DNA of 64,000 nt from NCBI GenBank assembly GCA_032128115.1, contig JAQBHB010000093.1, positions 96,001-160,000 on the forward strand. The letters run 5' to 3'. The position numbers were made by a program, and so were the translations under genes. The notes under the pieces were generated by a model. That model did no database searches. It worked only from the letters and a program-made list of their open reading frames with translations, and was not told where the DNA came from. Source of the DNA: Deltaproteobacteria bacterium (GTDB lineage: Bacteria > Myxococcota_A > UBA9160 > SMWR01). Shown in pieces: positions 37,102 through 46,086 of this stretch (position 1 is the stretch's first letter; every line of letters begins with the position of its first letter).

Positions 37102-38043
37102 TCAGGAGGCCGCCGCGCTCGGAGGTCGGTAGCCCAGGCTCGGCGACAGCTTCGAGGTCATCAATTCCTCGAGCTCGGCTACCTGCTCCGGGGTGAAGTA
37201 GTCGCGATATCCGTTCACCTTGCCTCGGCGCACCTTGAAGGTCTCCGGGTCCGAGGCGTTGCGCAGGTTCATGCCGCCCGTAGAGAAGAAACCCTGGGAT
37301 TCGAGCTTCCGAAGGTTCTCGAACGATCCATACTCCGCGGCTGCGTCGATCTCCGCATCCGTGAAGTTCCAGCCCACCAGGTCCGAGATCCTGCGCAGCG
37401 GCCCGCGGGGATCGGCGCGCAGCTCTTCGTACGAGAGCAGCAGGGAGTTCTCCATGCCCGCCAGGTTGTGCTCCCAGTTGTTCAGGAAGTCGATCAGGGA
37501 GGACAGGCCCAGATCGCTGTGCCGCACGAACTCCCACATCTCCACATTGCGGCGATCGATGGGGTGCTCGATGAAGTGGTTGATCAGCTCGTTCTTGTAG
37601 GCCGACTGTCGTTTGGTGAACTGGAAGTACCACGACACCGCGATGTCGCAGGGGTTCCGCACCAGCAGCACCACCTTCTTGTTTCGCAGGCTGGGCTCGC
37701 GGGCGTCCCGAGCCAGGGCACGGCCCACCACCGACTCGTAGCTGTAGTAGCCGTTGGTGGCGAGGATGCGCGGGGCGGCGGGATTGTGGCGGTGGGCTTC
37801 GTCCGACTTCACGATGATCGATGCGGGCAGGCCAAACCGGATCTGGAAGAGTCGCGACAGCATGCTGCGCAGCCAGGTGTTGCCGCTCTTGGGATGCCCG
37901 ATGATCAGCAGCTCGGCCCGCTGGGCCTTGGCGATCTGGAGCTTCGAGAGCCAATGCTCGCGCGCCGTGACGCGAAGGGACCGGGGCAGGGCCATGGTCG
38001 GCAGCAGAATCGACCATCGCTTGACTCGATCACCCGGTTGCAT
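37102..38043 (-). CDS. Sulfotransferase domain protein
   Basis: GHPKSGNTW (5'-PSB loop), RNPCDIAVSWY (3'-PB), SYEEL, FKVRRGKVNGYRDYF. Confidence 0.9.
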   Translation of the reverse strand: MQPGDRVKRWSILLPTMALPRSLRVTAREHWLSKLQIAKAQRAELLIIGHPKSGNTWLRSMLSRLFQIRFGLPASIIVKSDEAHRHNPAAPRILATNGYYSYESVVGRALARDAREPSLRNKKVVLLVRNPCDIAVSWYFQFTKRQSAYKNELINHFIEHPIDRRNVEMWEFVRHSDLGLSSLIDFLNNWEHNLAGMENSLLLSYEELRADPRGPLRRISDLVGWNFTDAEIDAAAEYGSFENLRKLESQGFFSTGGMNLRNASDPETFKVRRGKVNGYRDYFTPEQVAELEELMTSKLSPSLGYRPPSAAAS

Positions 38044-38056
38044 CGCGTCTCCCTTC

Positions 38057-38167
38057 CCGACCGCGGCGCTGCCCACCGGCGGGTGCCGCTTCGCCGACCG
38101 CGGCGCTGCCCACCTTCGGGTGCCGCTTCGCCGACCGCGGCGCTGCCCACCTTCGCGTGCCGCTTCG
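38057..38167. repeat. 37-bp tandem repeat x3 in a divergent intergenic region
   Basis: Units at 38057-38093, 38094-38130 and 38131-38167. Consensus CCGACCGCGGCGCTGCCCACCTTCGGGTGCCGCTTCG, no spacers. Confidence 0.95.
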
Positions 38168-38382
38168 CCACACAAACCCCATCGTCGCTCCGAGGGCATG
38201 AGTGCAGCCCAATCCAGGGTCCCGGTGCGATTGGGCATCCGGTCGCGCGAAGTCAGGGGGGGGCTGGAGGGCGAGTATAAGACCGGCCTGCGGCTCTCGC
38301 GACCAGTGCCGGGGCCAGCGGGGTGGAGCCGCTATCCTGCCCCCGGCTCGTCCCCGCGGGCCGCGGCCGTACCGGGGGTAGG

Positions 38383-39462
38383 ATGGGGAGCCCGAAGACC
38401 AGCGAGGAACCCAGGGTCTGGGTGCTGCTGGGTCGCGGCACCGGCGGAAACGGCCAGATGCTGGCCCTGGCCGAGGCCCTGGGCTGGCCCTTCGAGACCC
38501 GCCAGCTCCACCACAACCCGATCCAGTGGATCCCGAACCTGTTGCTGGGGGCCACGCGTGCCAGCGTGGACGCACGCCGCTCGGATCCGCTCGAGCCGCC
38601 CTGGCCGGACCTGGTGATTGCAGCTTCGCGCCGCGCGGCCCCGGTGGCCCGCTGGATCCGCCGGCAGTCCGGCGGCCGCACGCGCCTGGTCCACCTGCTT
38701 CACACCATGGCGCCGCTTGACCATTTCGATCTCGTGGTGACCATGCCCCAGTACTGCCTACCCCAACGTTCGAACGTGATGCACGTGGCCGGCGCCTTGA
38801 ACCGGATCGCCCCCGAGCGTCTGGCGTCCGCGGCCATCGCCTGGAAGCAGCGTCTGCGCCACCTGCCGCGGCCCTGGATCGCGGTGGTGGTGGGCGGTGA
38901 CAGCTCTTCGTACCGATTCGATCCCGACACCGCGGCACGCCTGGGTCGCGAGGCGAGCGCGCTGGCCCGGGAAAAGGGCGGCTCGTTGCTGGTGAGCACC
39001 ACGCCACGCACGCCCGCCGACTCGGCGGAGGCCCTGTTCGGCGCCCTCGACGTTCCCGTGTATGAGTACCGCTGGCGCCCGGACGACCCGGACAATCCTT
39101 ACCTGGGCTTCCTGGCCCTGGCCGATCACTTCGTGGTGACCGTAGACAGCGCCTCGCTCCCCATGGAGGCCTGCGCAACCGGAAAGCCGGTGCAGGTCTT
39201 CCACTGGGAGCGCCGCGCCGGAGTCTCAAGTACCGGACCGCTGGCGAAACTTCCCGCCCGGCTCGTGTACTGGGGATTGCTCAAGCCGCGTCGGGATTTC
39301 GACGCTTATCAACGCGCACTGGAGGAGCGGGGTTGGGTCACCCGGCTGGGCGACTCGCCGCCACCCGGCGCCCAGCGACCGCCCGACGATCTGGAGCAGG
39401 TGGTGGATCGGATCCGTCGGCTTGCGTCCGGGGAGGTTCCGGCGCGAGTCGATCCCCTATAG
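38383..39462 (+). CDS. ELM1/GtrOC1-family putative glycosyltransferase
   Basis: GNGQMLALAEAL, PPWPDLVIA, FDLVV, VVVGG, STTPRTP, NPYLGFLALAD, DSASLPMEACATGKPV. Confidence 0.88.
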   Translation: MGSPKTSEEPRVWVLLGRGTGGNGQMLALAEALGWPFETRQLHHNPIQWIPNLLLGATRASVDARRSDPLEPPWPDLVIAASRRAAPVARWIRRQSGGRTRLVHLLHTMAPLDHFDLVVTMPQYCLPQRSNVMHVAGALNRIAPERLASAAIAWKQRLRHLPRPWIAVVVGGDSSSYRFDPDTAARLGREASALAREKGGSLLVSTTPRTPADSAEALFGALDVPVYEYRWRPDDPDNPYLGFLALADHFVVTVDSASLPMEACATGKPVQVFHWERRAGVSSTGPLAKLPARLVYWGLLKPRRDFDAYQRALEERGWVTRLGDSPPPGAQRPPDDLEQVVDRIRRLASGEVPARVDPL

Positions 39463-39490
39463 TTTCGGCGTCCGAGCCGGGGGGCATGCC

Positions 39491-40504
39491 TTGAACGACA
39501 CGCACAAAGCGGGTTCCGACGCGCAGCAGCGCGCCGTCTTCGTGGTGGGAGCGGGCCGCAGTGGCACCAGCGCCATCACCCGGGGCATCCAGGCCCTGGG
39601 TGTCGAGCTGGGCGACCAGCTGAAGGCTGCCACCGGCAAGAATCCCACCGGCTTCTTCGAAGATCAGGAACTCCTGGACCTGGCCAAGCGGGTGCGCACC
39701 CAGCTCGGTCTGCGCACCGACAGCGTGACGCTTCTGGAGGCGCGCTCCTGGCAGGCGGTGGATCTCGACCCACTCGAGCGCGAGTGCGCGGAGCTGATCG
39801 AACGGCGCTTCGGCGGGGTGCCGGTGTGGGGCTTCAAGTACGCCCAGACGCTTCGCATGCTGCCGTTCTGGCAGGGTGTCTTCCGGCGCGCGCGTCTCGA
39901 CGTGCGCTACGTAGTGGCCGTTCGCAATCCCCTGAGCGTGGCGCGCTCGCGCGCGAAGCTCGAGCCCCGGCGTGGTCACCAGGAGAAGAGCGACCTGGAG
40001 TGGCTGGTGAACGTGGTGCCCTATTTTCGTGCCATGGCCGATCGCCCGTTCGTGGTGGTGGACTACGACCTGTTGATGGCCAGCCCCGTGAGCCAACTCG
40101 AGAGGATCGCGACCCGCCTGGAACTCCCCCTGGACGACGCAATCCGGGCCGATGTGCGCGCCTACGCCGAGGGCTTCCTGTCCAGCGACCGGCGCCACAC
40201 CCACTTCGACCACGAAGATCTCGCGAAGGATCCGAGCTTGAACCCGCTCACGCGCGACGCCTACGGCTGGCTGCGCCGCCTGGCGAGCGACGAGATCGCC
40301 CCGGACTCGCCCGAGCTGTGGAGCGACTGGGAGCGGATCGAGACGCTGCTCGCCGCCATGGCGCCCGCGCTACGCCATCTGGATCGGCTGGAGAACGAGC
40401 ATCACCAGGCGCGCTGGAGCCCCCTGGGCGCCCTGCGCTCGCTATGGGTCAACATGCCGCGCCCCTGGAGGCGTGCGAGCGCGCCCGGATCCCGTGCCGG
40501 ATGA
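39491..40504 (+). CDS. Sulfotransferase family protein
   Basis: VVGAGRSGTS, NPTGFFE, WGFK, RNPLSVARS, VDYDLL. Confidence 0.85.
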   Translation: MNDTHKAGSDAQQRAVFVVGAGRSGTSAITRGIQALGVELGDQLKAATGKNPTGFFEDQELLDLAKRVRTQLGLRTDSVTLLEARSWQAVDLDPLERECAELIERRFGGVPVWGFKYAQTLRMLPFWQGVFRRARLDVRYVVAVRNPLSVARSRAKLEPRRGHQEKSDLEWLVNVVPYFRAMADRPFVVVDYDLLMASPVSQLERIATRLELPLDDAIRADVRAYAEGFLSSDRRHTHFDHEDLAKDPSLNPLTRDAYGWLRRLASDEIAPDSPELWSDWERIETLLAAMAPALRHLDRLENEHHQARWSPLGALRSLWVNMPRPWRRASAPGSRAG

Positions 40505-41204
40505 AGTGCGGGTGCAGGTGCAGGCGAGCCGCACTCCGCCAGATGTCAGCGCGACTCACATAGCCGTGTTCGATGGCTTCCGAGAGCCACCGCTCCCAGA
40601 AGCCGGTGAGGGGATGCCGCGGGCTTTTCCACGGTTGCTGCTTCACGTGGCTGAAGTGCACCAGCTTCGAGTCGTCCCGGACCATGTTGTAGTGATTCCA
40701 GCGCGGATCGATCTCCTGGATCCGAGCCGGATCCAGCCACGCCAGCCGGATGAAATCCTTGTAGTGGACCTGGCCGGGTCCGAGGCGCGAGCCGTTGGGC
40801 ACTACGCACCGGAACATCGTGTCCGGATCCCAATCCGTGAGCTTCGCGCAATCGAGAACCATCACGCTGGTCTCGTTGCGGGGTTCCACCGGTGCGCCGG
40901 CAAAGCTCCCCTCGATGTGGCGGACGATGCCCACGGCATGGGTCTCATCGAGACTGTCCACCAGCTTCTGGAGATCGTCCAGCACCACCTGATCGGCGTC
41001 CATGTAGACGGCGCGTCCCCGGTAGCCAAACGTCTGGGGTACCAGGAACCGCACGAACCCGAACTTCGTGCCGCCCACGGACGGGAGGTGCTGGGTCACG
41101 AAGCGAAGGTCCACCTCCTCGGCGCAGTGCTTGCGGATCGAGTACTCGAGCACCTTCTGCGGGATGTACTGGTTCGCCTGGGTTCCGATCACCACCTGGA
41201 GCAT
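40449..41204 (-). CDS. GT-A fold glycosyltransferase (GT8-like)
   Basis: VLEYSIRKH, TKFGFVRFLVP, YMDADQ (DxD), TSVMVLDC, RWNH, LVHFS...QPW. Start at ATG 41204. Confidence 0.82.
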   Translation of the reverse strand: MLQVVIGTQANQYIPQKVLEYSIRKHCAEEVDLRFVTQHLPSVGGTKFGFVRFLVPQTFGYRGRAVYMDADQVVLDDLQKLVDSLDETHAVGIVRHIEGSFAGAPVEPRNETSVMVLDCAKLTDWDPDTMFRCVVPNGSRLGPGQVHYKDFIRLAWLDPARIQEIDPRWNHYNMVRDDSKLVHFSHVKQQPWKSPRHPLTGFWERWLSEAIEHGYVSRADIWRSAARLHLHPHFIRHGIRARSHASRGAAC

Positions 41205-41232
41205 GAACCCTCCGTTCCCGCTGGCTGCGCCG

Positions 41233-43731
41233 TCATGTTCCCGCACCCAGGATCGAGCGCACCCGCTGCGCCACGTCGGGCAGCTCGCGGGGCACCCGCG
41301 GCTCGAACGCCAGCGTGTCCGCCCCCGGATCCAGCGAATCGAAGCGCCGGGCCATGCCGCGTTGTTCGAGCTCCGCGTGCAGCAGCCCCATGTCGCAGGT
41401 GGGCACCACCAGGCCCCTTGCAAGCAGTTTCGAGAACAAGAGCTCCAGACCCTTCTGGGGTCGGGTGATTCCGCGCCGGCTCTTCGGGCGCCGATCGGCC
41501 CGCGCCAGGATCGTCTCACTCAGGCCGGAAGCCATGCGCGGGACCAGGCCCCGCCAGCCCGGAACGCCCCAGGGCAGATCGTAGATGTACACGGGCTTTC
41601 CCGTCGCACAGGCCTCCGCCAGCATCGAGGCGCTTTCTCCCGTCACCACCAGTACATCGGCCAGCGCCAGGTACCCAAGGAATGGGTTCTCGTCGTTACG
41701 GCCGCGCGAAAAGCGGTAGACGTGGGCGGCGCCCGGAAGGGCCTCCTCCAGTGCGCGGGCGGAAGCCTGCGGGGTGCGACGGCTGGTGGTGGCGAAGACC
41801 GAGCCGCCGCTGGCCAGGGCCAGGGCGGTGACGTCTGCGCCCAGCTGCCGGGCCAACGCGGGCGTGAATCGGTAGTGGGGCGAGTTGCCGCCCACCAGCA
41901 CGGCAATATGCGGCCCCGGCCGATCCCGGAACAGCGGCTGCCAGCGGGAGGCGGCCGCGTCCAGCTCCGGCGTTCGCACCCGGGTCGCCGGCAGCGCGAT
42001 GGACAGGCGCCGGGGATGCGGCAGCAGCCGTGCGTAGCGCGGCACCACCCCCAGGTCGAAGGCGTCCGGCGGGGTGCCCCCCATGCGGCCCATGTGCACC
42101 GTGCGCGTTCGTCCCTGGGATTGCTTCTGGATCCAGCGGGCCACCGGCGCCGGGCGCCTACCCGTCGCGATGACCAGGTCCGGCCACGGCGGCTGCAACT
42201 GACGCGCGCTGGTCGGCTGGAGCCCGAGGCGGGTGGCGCCGAGCAGCTGGAGGGGAAGTTCGGCCAGTGCGGTGAATCGGAGGTCGATGCGCTCGTAGGG
42301 CCAACCGAGCTCTTCGGCCAGGCCCAGCGACTGCGTGGTGTGGCCCGGCTTGGTGTCGGCGAGCACCCACACCCGCGGCAACGCGTTTCCCAGGAATCGC
42401 CCGCCCTGCCGGGTTTCGACGCGATCCTCGTGGAAGTGCGCGCCACGCGACAGCAGCAGTTCCCAGTTCAGGTCGGGGTGACGCAGGGCCGCCGCCTGGA
42501 ACTGCTCCGCCCACCAGTCTGGGGTGTGGACGGTTCCCTCGGGTGGCGTGATCCAGTGCTTGCGCGGCGGGTGTTCGTCGCAGCGAATGGCTGCGAAGAC
42601 GAACTGTCCCGCGCGCCGGAAGAGCTCGTCGATCAGCCACGCGATGTCGTCGGAGGGCACGTCTTCCAGGCCGGCCATGCAGGCCACGCCGTCGCAGCGC
42701 GACGCGGAGGGGGGCTCACGCAGCAGGTCCGAGAATGAACGGCGTTTCCCGCTCTGGGCATCCCACCGCTCCGGATTCCGAATCGTCTCCGCGTCGGCGC
42801 CGGGGCTGACCAGAAGCAGGCTCCTGGCCTTGGCCCGGCGGACCCGGTCGCGGATCGCGTCGTCCAGCGCCGGGGGCGTGGGGGTGTCGGCGACGCCCCG
42901 GGCTTCGATACGGGCCAGCCCCTCGGCCCAGAACGAACTGGGTCGTTCGCGGTTGAAGACGTGGAAGCCGGCCCGGCGGGCCGCCTGCTCGCGCTCGTAC
43001 CACAGGTGTCCGAGCGGATGGTCGCGGTATACGAAGCGCTCCGGAAACGGACGCCAGGGCTGGGTGTGCAGCGTGGTGTAGTGGAGCAGCTTCGTGTGGC
43101 CCTCGACGTATTCGGCCTCGTCGCGAGCGTGCCACTCGGGAGGCAGCGGGCCGCACAGGCCCGACTCGACGCCGGCGTCAAGCAACGCGTGCTTGCGGCG
43201 GCGCTGGGCGCCCTTCAGTGTCCAGATGTCCGCCATCTTCTCGCAGTCGATGAGCATCACCGCCGTGTCGCGATCCGAGAGGGTGAGATAGCCGTGTGGG
43301 CCCATGTCCAGGTCGAAGAAATCGGCCGGGTCGCCCAGGTAGATCTGGTCCTCGTCGTTGTAGATGGCTCGGCCCGTGCCTCCCGCATAGTGGGGGATGG
43401 CGAATCGGTAGTTCGTGAAGCTCGTGGTCCAGAACCACTTGCGGTAGCCCGCCAGTTCCTTCATCAGATGGATTTCGTAGACGCGACCCGGGTCGCGGAC
43501 CTGCTCGATGGAGTAGATCAGCACCATCTCGGGCCGAAACTGGGCAGGCTCGGTTCCGACGAAAATGCGAACCGGGGGCTTCGGGCTGGGCGTAGCACCC
43601 GGCCGGACCGGAAGTACGATGCATTCGGGTGTTGCGCGCAGGGCGCCGTCCCCGGCTGCGGCCATCGCTTCCTCCCTGGGGCAATCATCCCGGGAAATCC
43701 ACCCCGGCGGCCCGGAATGCTCGCGTTTCAC
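41233..43731 (-). CDS. Fusion of GT8-like glycosyltransferase, degenerate methyltransferase-like linker and ELM1 domain
   Basis: N-terminal TSFTNYRFAIP, YNDEDQ, LLHYTTLHTQPW. Middle DGVACMAGLEDVP...PDWW. C-terminal KPGHTTQSLGLA, PPWPD, NPFLGYLA, ESASMLAEACATGKPV. Confidence 0.85.
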   Translation of the reverse strand: MKREHSGPPGWISRDDCPREEAMAAAGDGALRATPECIVLPVRPGATPSPKPPVRIFVGTEPAQFRPEMVLIYSIEQVRDPGRVYEIHLMKELAGYRKWFWTTSFTNYRFAIPHYAGGTGRAIYNDEDQIYLGDPADFFDLDMGPHGYLTLSDRDTAVMLIDCEKMADIWTLKGAQRRRKHALLDAGVESGLCGPLPPEWHARDEAEYVEGHTKLLHYTTLHTQPWRPFPERFVYRDHPLGHLWYEREQAARRAGFHVFNRERPSSFWAEGLARIEARGVADTPTPPALDDAIRDRVRRAKARSLLLVSPGADAETIRNPERWDAQSGKRRSFSDLLREPPSASRCDGVACMAGLEDVPSDDIAWLIDELFRRAGQFVFAAIRCDEHPPRKHWITPPEGTVHTPDWWAEQFQAAALRHPDLNWELLLSRGAHFHEDRVETRQGGRFLGNALPRVWVLADTKPGHTTQSLGLAEELGWPYERIDLRFTALAELPLQLLGATRLGLQPTSARQLQPPWPDLVIATGRRPAPVARWIQKQSQGRTRTVHMGRMGGTPPDAFDLGVVPRYARLLPHPRRLSIALPATRVRTPELDAAASRWQPLFRDRPGPHIAVLVGGNSPHYRFTPALARQLGADVTALALASGGSVFATTSRRTPQASARALEEALPGAAHVYRFSRGRNDENPFLGYLALADVLVVTGESASMLAEACATGKPVYIYDLPWGVPGWRGLVPRMASGLSETILARADRRPKSRRGITRPQKGLELLFSKLLARGLVVPTCDMGLLHAELEQRGMARRFDSLDPGADTLAFEPRVPRELPDVAQRVRSILGAGT

Positions 43732-43746
43732 GGCGAACTTGTCACA

Positions 43747-46086
43747 TCACGCGCGGGTGAACATGCCCCGCAAGCGAAGGCCCAGATACACGGCCACGAT
43801 CCCCAACACCAGGTTGGGCGCCAGGCCCGCCACCACGGGCGGAAGCAGCTTCCGGTAGCCGAGACTCGAAGCCAGGCCCGTGAGCAGGACGCTGCCCACG
43901 GCCACCACCACGCTCACCACCAGGGACGACGCCGTGCTGGGATAGGGGGGGCCCGACACCGCATAGAAGAAGGCGACCGCGGGAAGCACGACGCAGCCGA
44001 GGGGCGCTGCATACTTGGTGAACAGATCCACCTGGAAGATCGTGGGGTCGTGGTCGTCGTCCTCGAGCTGCTGGATCTCCTCGCGCAGGTCGCCCACGGG
44101 CATGTTGCGCGTGTCCACGTCGATGGGAACGCCCTCCCACAGGTGGGCGAAGCGGGCGCCGGGAACGCGCTCGAGTCCGTTCCCCATCACGTTCACGCGG
44201 CTGGGCTCCGACAGGCGCCAGACGCCGCCCCCGACGTAGCGTCCGCCCGGGGAATCGGTGCGGCTGGTGGGTAGCCCCTCGTGTCCGAGCTCGTAGATCG
44301 TGAGCCCCCGGGCGATTCCCAGCTGGGGGTCGAATCGCTCGGCCTCGATCTGTCGGGGGCCATCCCGGAACCACACCACAGGAGGGCGCGCGCCCCCGTC
44401 CAGGCTGGGTTGCTCCCAGAGTTCTTCGGCCTTGATCTCGCGCTGCTGCAGCCGCTCGCTCAAGGTGTTGGCACGGGGAACGATCTCGTTGTTCCACAGA
44501 AAGAACAGAGGCGCGAAGCTGGTGCAGATCAGCAGCACCGGCAGCATGCCCCGGGGTGCCGGGATGCCGCATCCGCGCATGCCGGTGAGCTCTCCCTGCA
44601 CGGCCACCAGGCTCACGGTGAGAGCGGTCGCCACCAGCAGGGCCATGGGCACCAGGCGCGAGATCAACAGCGGAATCCGCAAGCCGTAGAAGCGAACGGC
44701 TTCGGACGCGGTGGCGTTGAAGCGTGCGAACCATTGCAACCGCTCGAGGATGTCGATCAGCAGGTAGCCCACCAGCAGCACGGCGAACGAGAAGCCCAGC
44801 ATGGCCAGGAAGCGGCCGGCCACATAGCGCTGCAGCGCCCAGCGGTGGGTTCGGATGCGGCGGCTGGAAGGCCAGCGCCGGATCCAGTTTGCCGGGGGCT
44901 CTTCCGGGGCGACCGCGGCTCCGGTCCCGACCGGCGGCTTCTCCTCGCCCCCGCGTTTGTTGCCGCGCTCCATGCGCCACGCGAACACCGAGGCGCGGCC
45001 GGCCCACAGGAACAGGCCGCCGCCCACCAGGGCAAGCACGATCGTGGGCAACCACACGGCCAGCTCGAGCGGGGTGCCGGTCCTGATCAGACCATTGGTG
45101 AGCTGGGTCAGTCCGTAGTAGAGAACCGCCGCCATCAGGCCCAGGATGGCGCCACTCGAGCGCGACGACGCGCCCCGCGCCAGGAAGAGCGAGATCACCA
45201 GGAGTCCGAAGAACACGGTGGCTGTGGGCCGTGCGAAGCGTCGTTGCAGCTCGATGCTGGCGTCCCGGGCCTCACCGGGTGTCGCCGTGTCGAGGCTGCG
45301 GGCGCGCAGGTCGCTCAAGGTGGCAGCTTGCAGCGGGGGAGGCGCGAAGCGCTCCAGATTGGATTTGGTTTCGGGAAGCAGGGTGGAAACCGCGTCGAAA
45401 CGGAACTCTGCCAGGCGTCGCTCGGTGGCGAATATCACCGCGGCGTGTTCCAGGGTGATGCGGGTGGAACCGCTTGGGTCCGGAGCCAGGGAGCCCCGCT
45501 TGGCGAAGATCGTGTCGCCCACGCCGGGGGTCCACAGCATGACCCCCTTCATGTGGTCGCCGCGGGCCGAGACCTCCCGCGCCTGCAGTCTCCAGTCGCC
45601 GAAGCGGTGCAGGGTACCGGTGCGCACCGTGGCGCCCGGGTTCTCCTGGGAGATCGAGTGCAGGGCAGCGTCCAGCGAGCGTTGCGACCAGGGTGCGCCC
45701 AGGGTGGTGAGGCCCCCCGCCACGAGGGTCATGGCTGCGGCCACGGCGACCACGGGCGCGTGCAGGCGGCGCGCAGAGATGCCGCACGCCTCCAATGCGA
45801 TCACCTCCTGGTCGGCCACCAGACGTCCCAGGGCCACCAGGGCTCCCACCATCAAGGACAGGGGGACCACCTCCGTGGCGATGGGCACCGCTGTGAAGAA
45901 GGCGATGCTCGCCACCGTGGCTGCGCCGATGCCCCGGTTGATCAGCAGGTCCGAGAGCCGCAGCAACTCCTTCGTGAGCACCATCATGGTGAGTCCGCCC
46001 AGGGTGAACAGGAAGGGGAACACCATTTCCCGGCCCACATAGCGGTACAAGGTCCATCCCAGACTGCGGCCGAGATTCGATTCCAT
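43747..46086 (-). CDS. Fused LptF-LptG LPS export permease
   Basis: Two YjgP/YjgQ halves: LYRYVGREM...DQEVIALEACGIS...ELQRRFA, and LQRYVAGRF...QGELTGMRGCGIP...LAPNLV. TGATG coupling at 46084-46088. Confidence 0.88.
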   Translation of the reverse strand: MESNLGRSLGWTLYRYVGREMVFPFLFTLGGLTMMVLTKELLRLSDLLINRGIGAATVASIAFFTAVPIATEVVPLSLMVGALVALGRLVADQEVIALEACGISARRLHAPVVAVAAAMTLVAGGLTTLGAPWSQRSLDAALHSISQENPGATVRTGTLHRFGDWRLQAREVSARGDHMKGVMLWTPGVGDTIFAKRGSLAPDPSGSTRITLEHAAVIFATERRLAEFRFDAVSTLLPETKSNLERFAPPPLQAATLSDLRARSLDTATPGEARDASIELQRRFARPTATVFFGLLVISLFLARGASSRSSGAILGLMAAVLYYGLTQLTNGLIRTGTPLELAVWLPTIVLALVGGGLFLWAGRASVFAWRMERGNKRGGEEKPPVGTGAAVAPEEPPANWIRRWPSSRRIRTHRWALQRYVAGRFLAMLGFSFAVLLVGYLLIDILERLQWFARFNATASEAVRFYGLRIPLLISRLVPMALLVATALTVSLVAVQGELTGMRGCGIPAPRGMLPVLLICTSFAPLFFLWNNEIVPRANTLSERLQQREIKAEELWEQPSLDGGARPPVVWFRDGPRQIEAERFDPQLGIARGLTIYELGHEGLPTSRTDSPGGRYVGGGVWRLSEPSRVNVMGNGLERVPGARFAHLWEGVPIDVDTRNMPVGDLREEIQQLEDDDHDPTIFQVDLFTKYAAPLGCVVLPAVAFFYAVSGPPYPSTASSLVVSVVVAVGSVLLTGLASSLGYRKLLPPVVAGLAPNLVLGIVAVYLGLRLRGMFTRA

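Noticed and set aside
38057..38167. Possible CRISPR array (37-bp repeats)
   Set aside because: The units are head-to-tail with no unique spacers, and there are no cas genes in the window.
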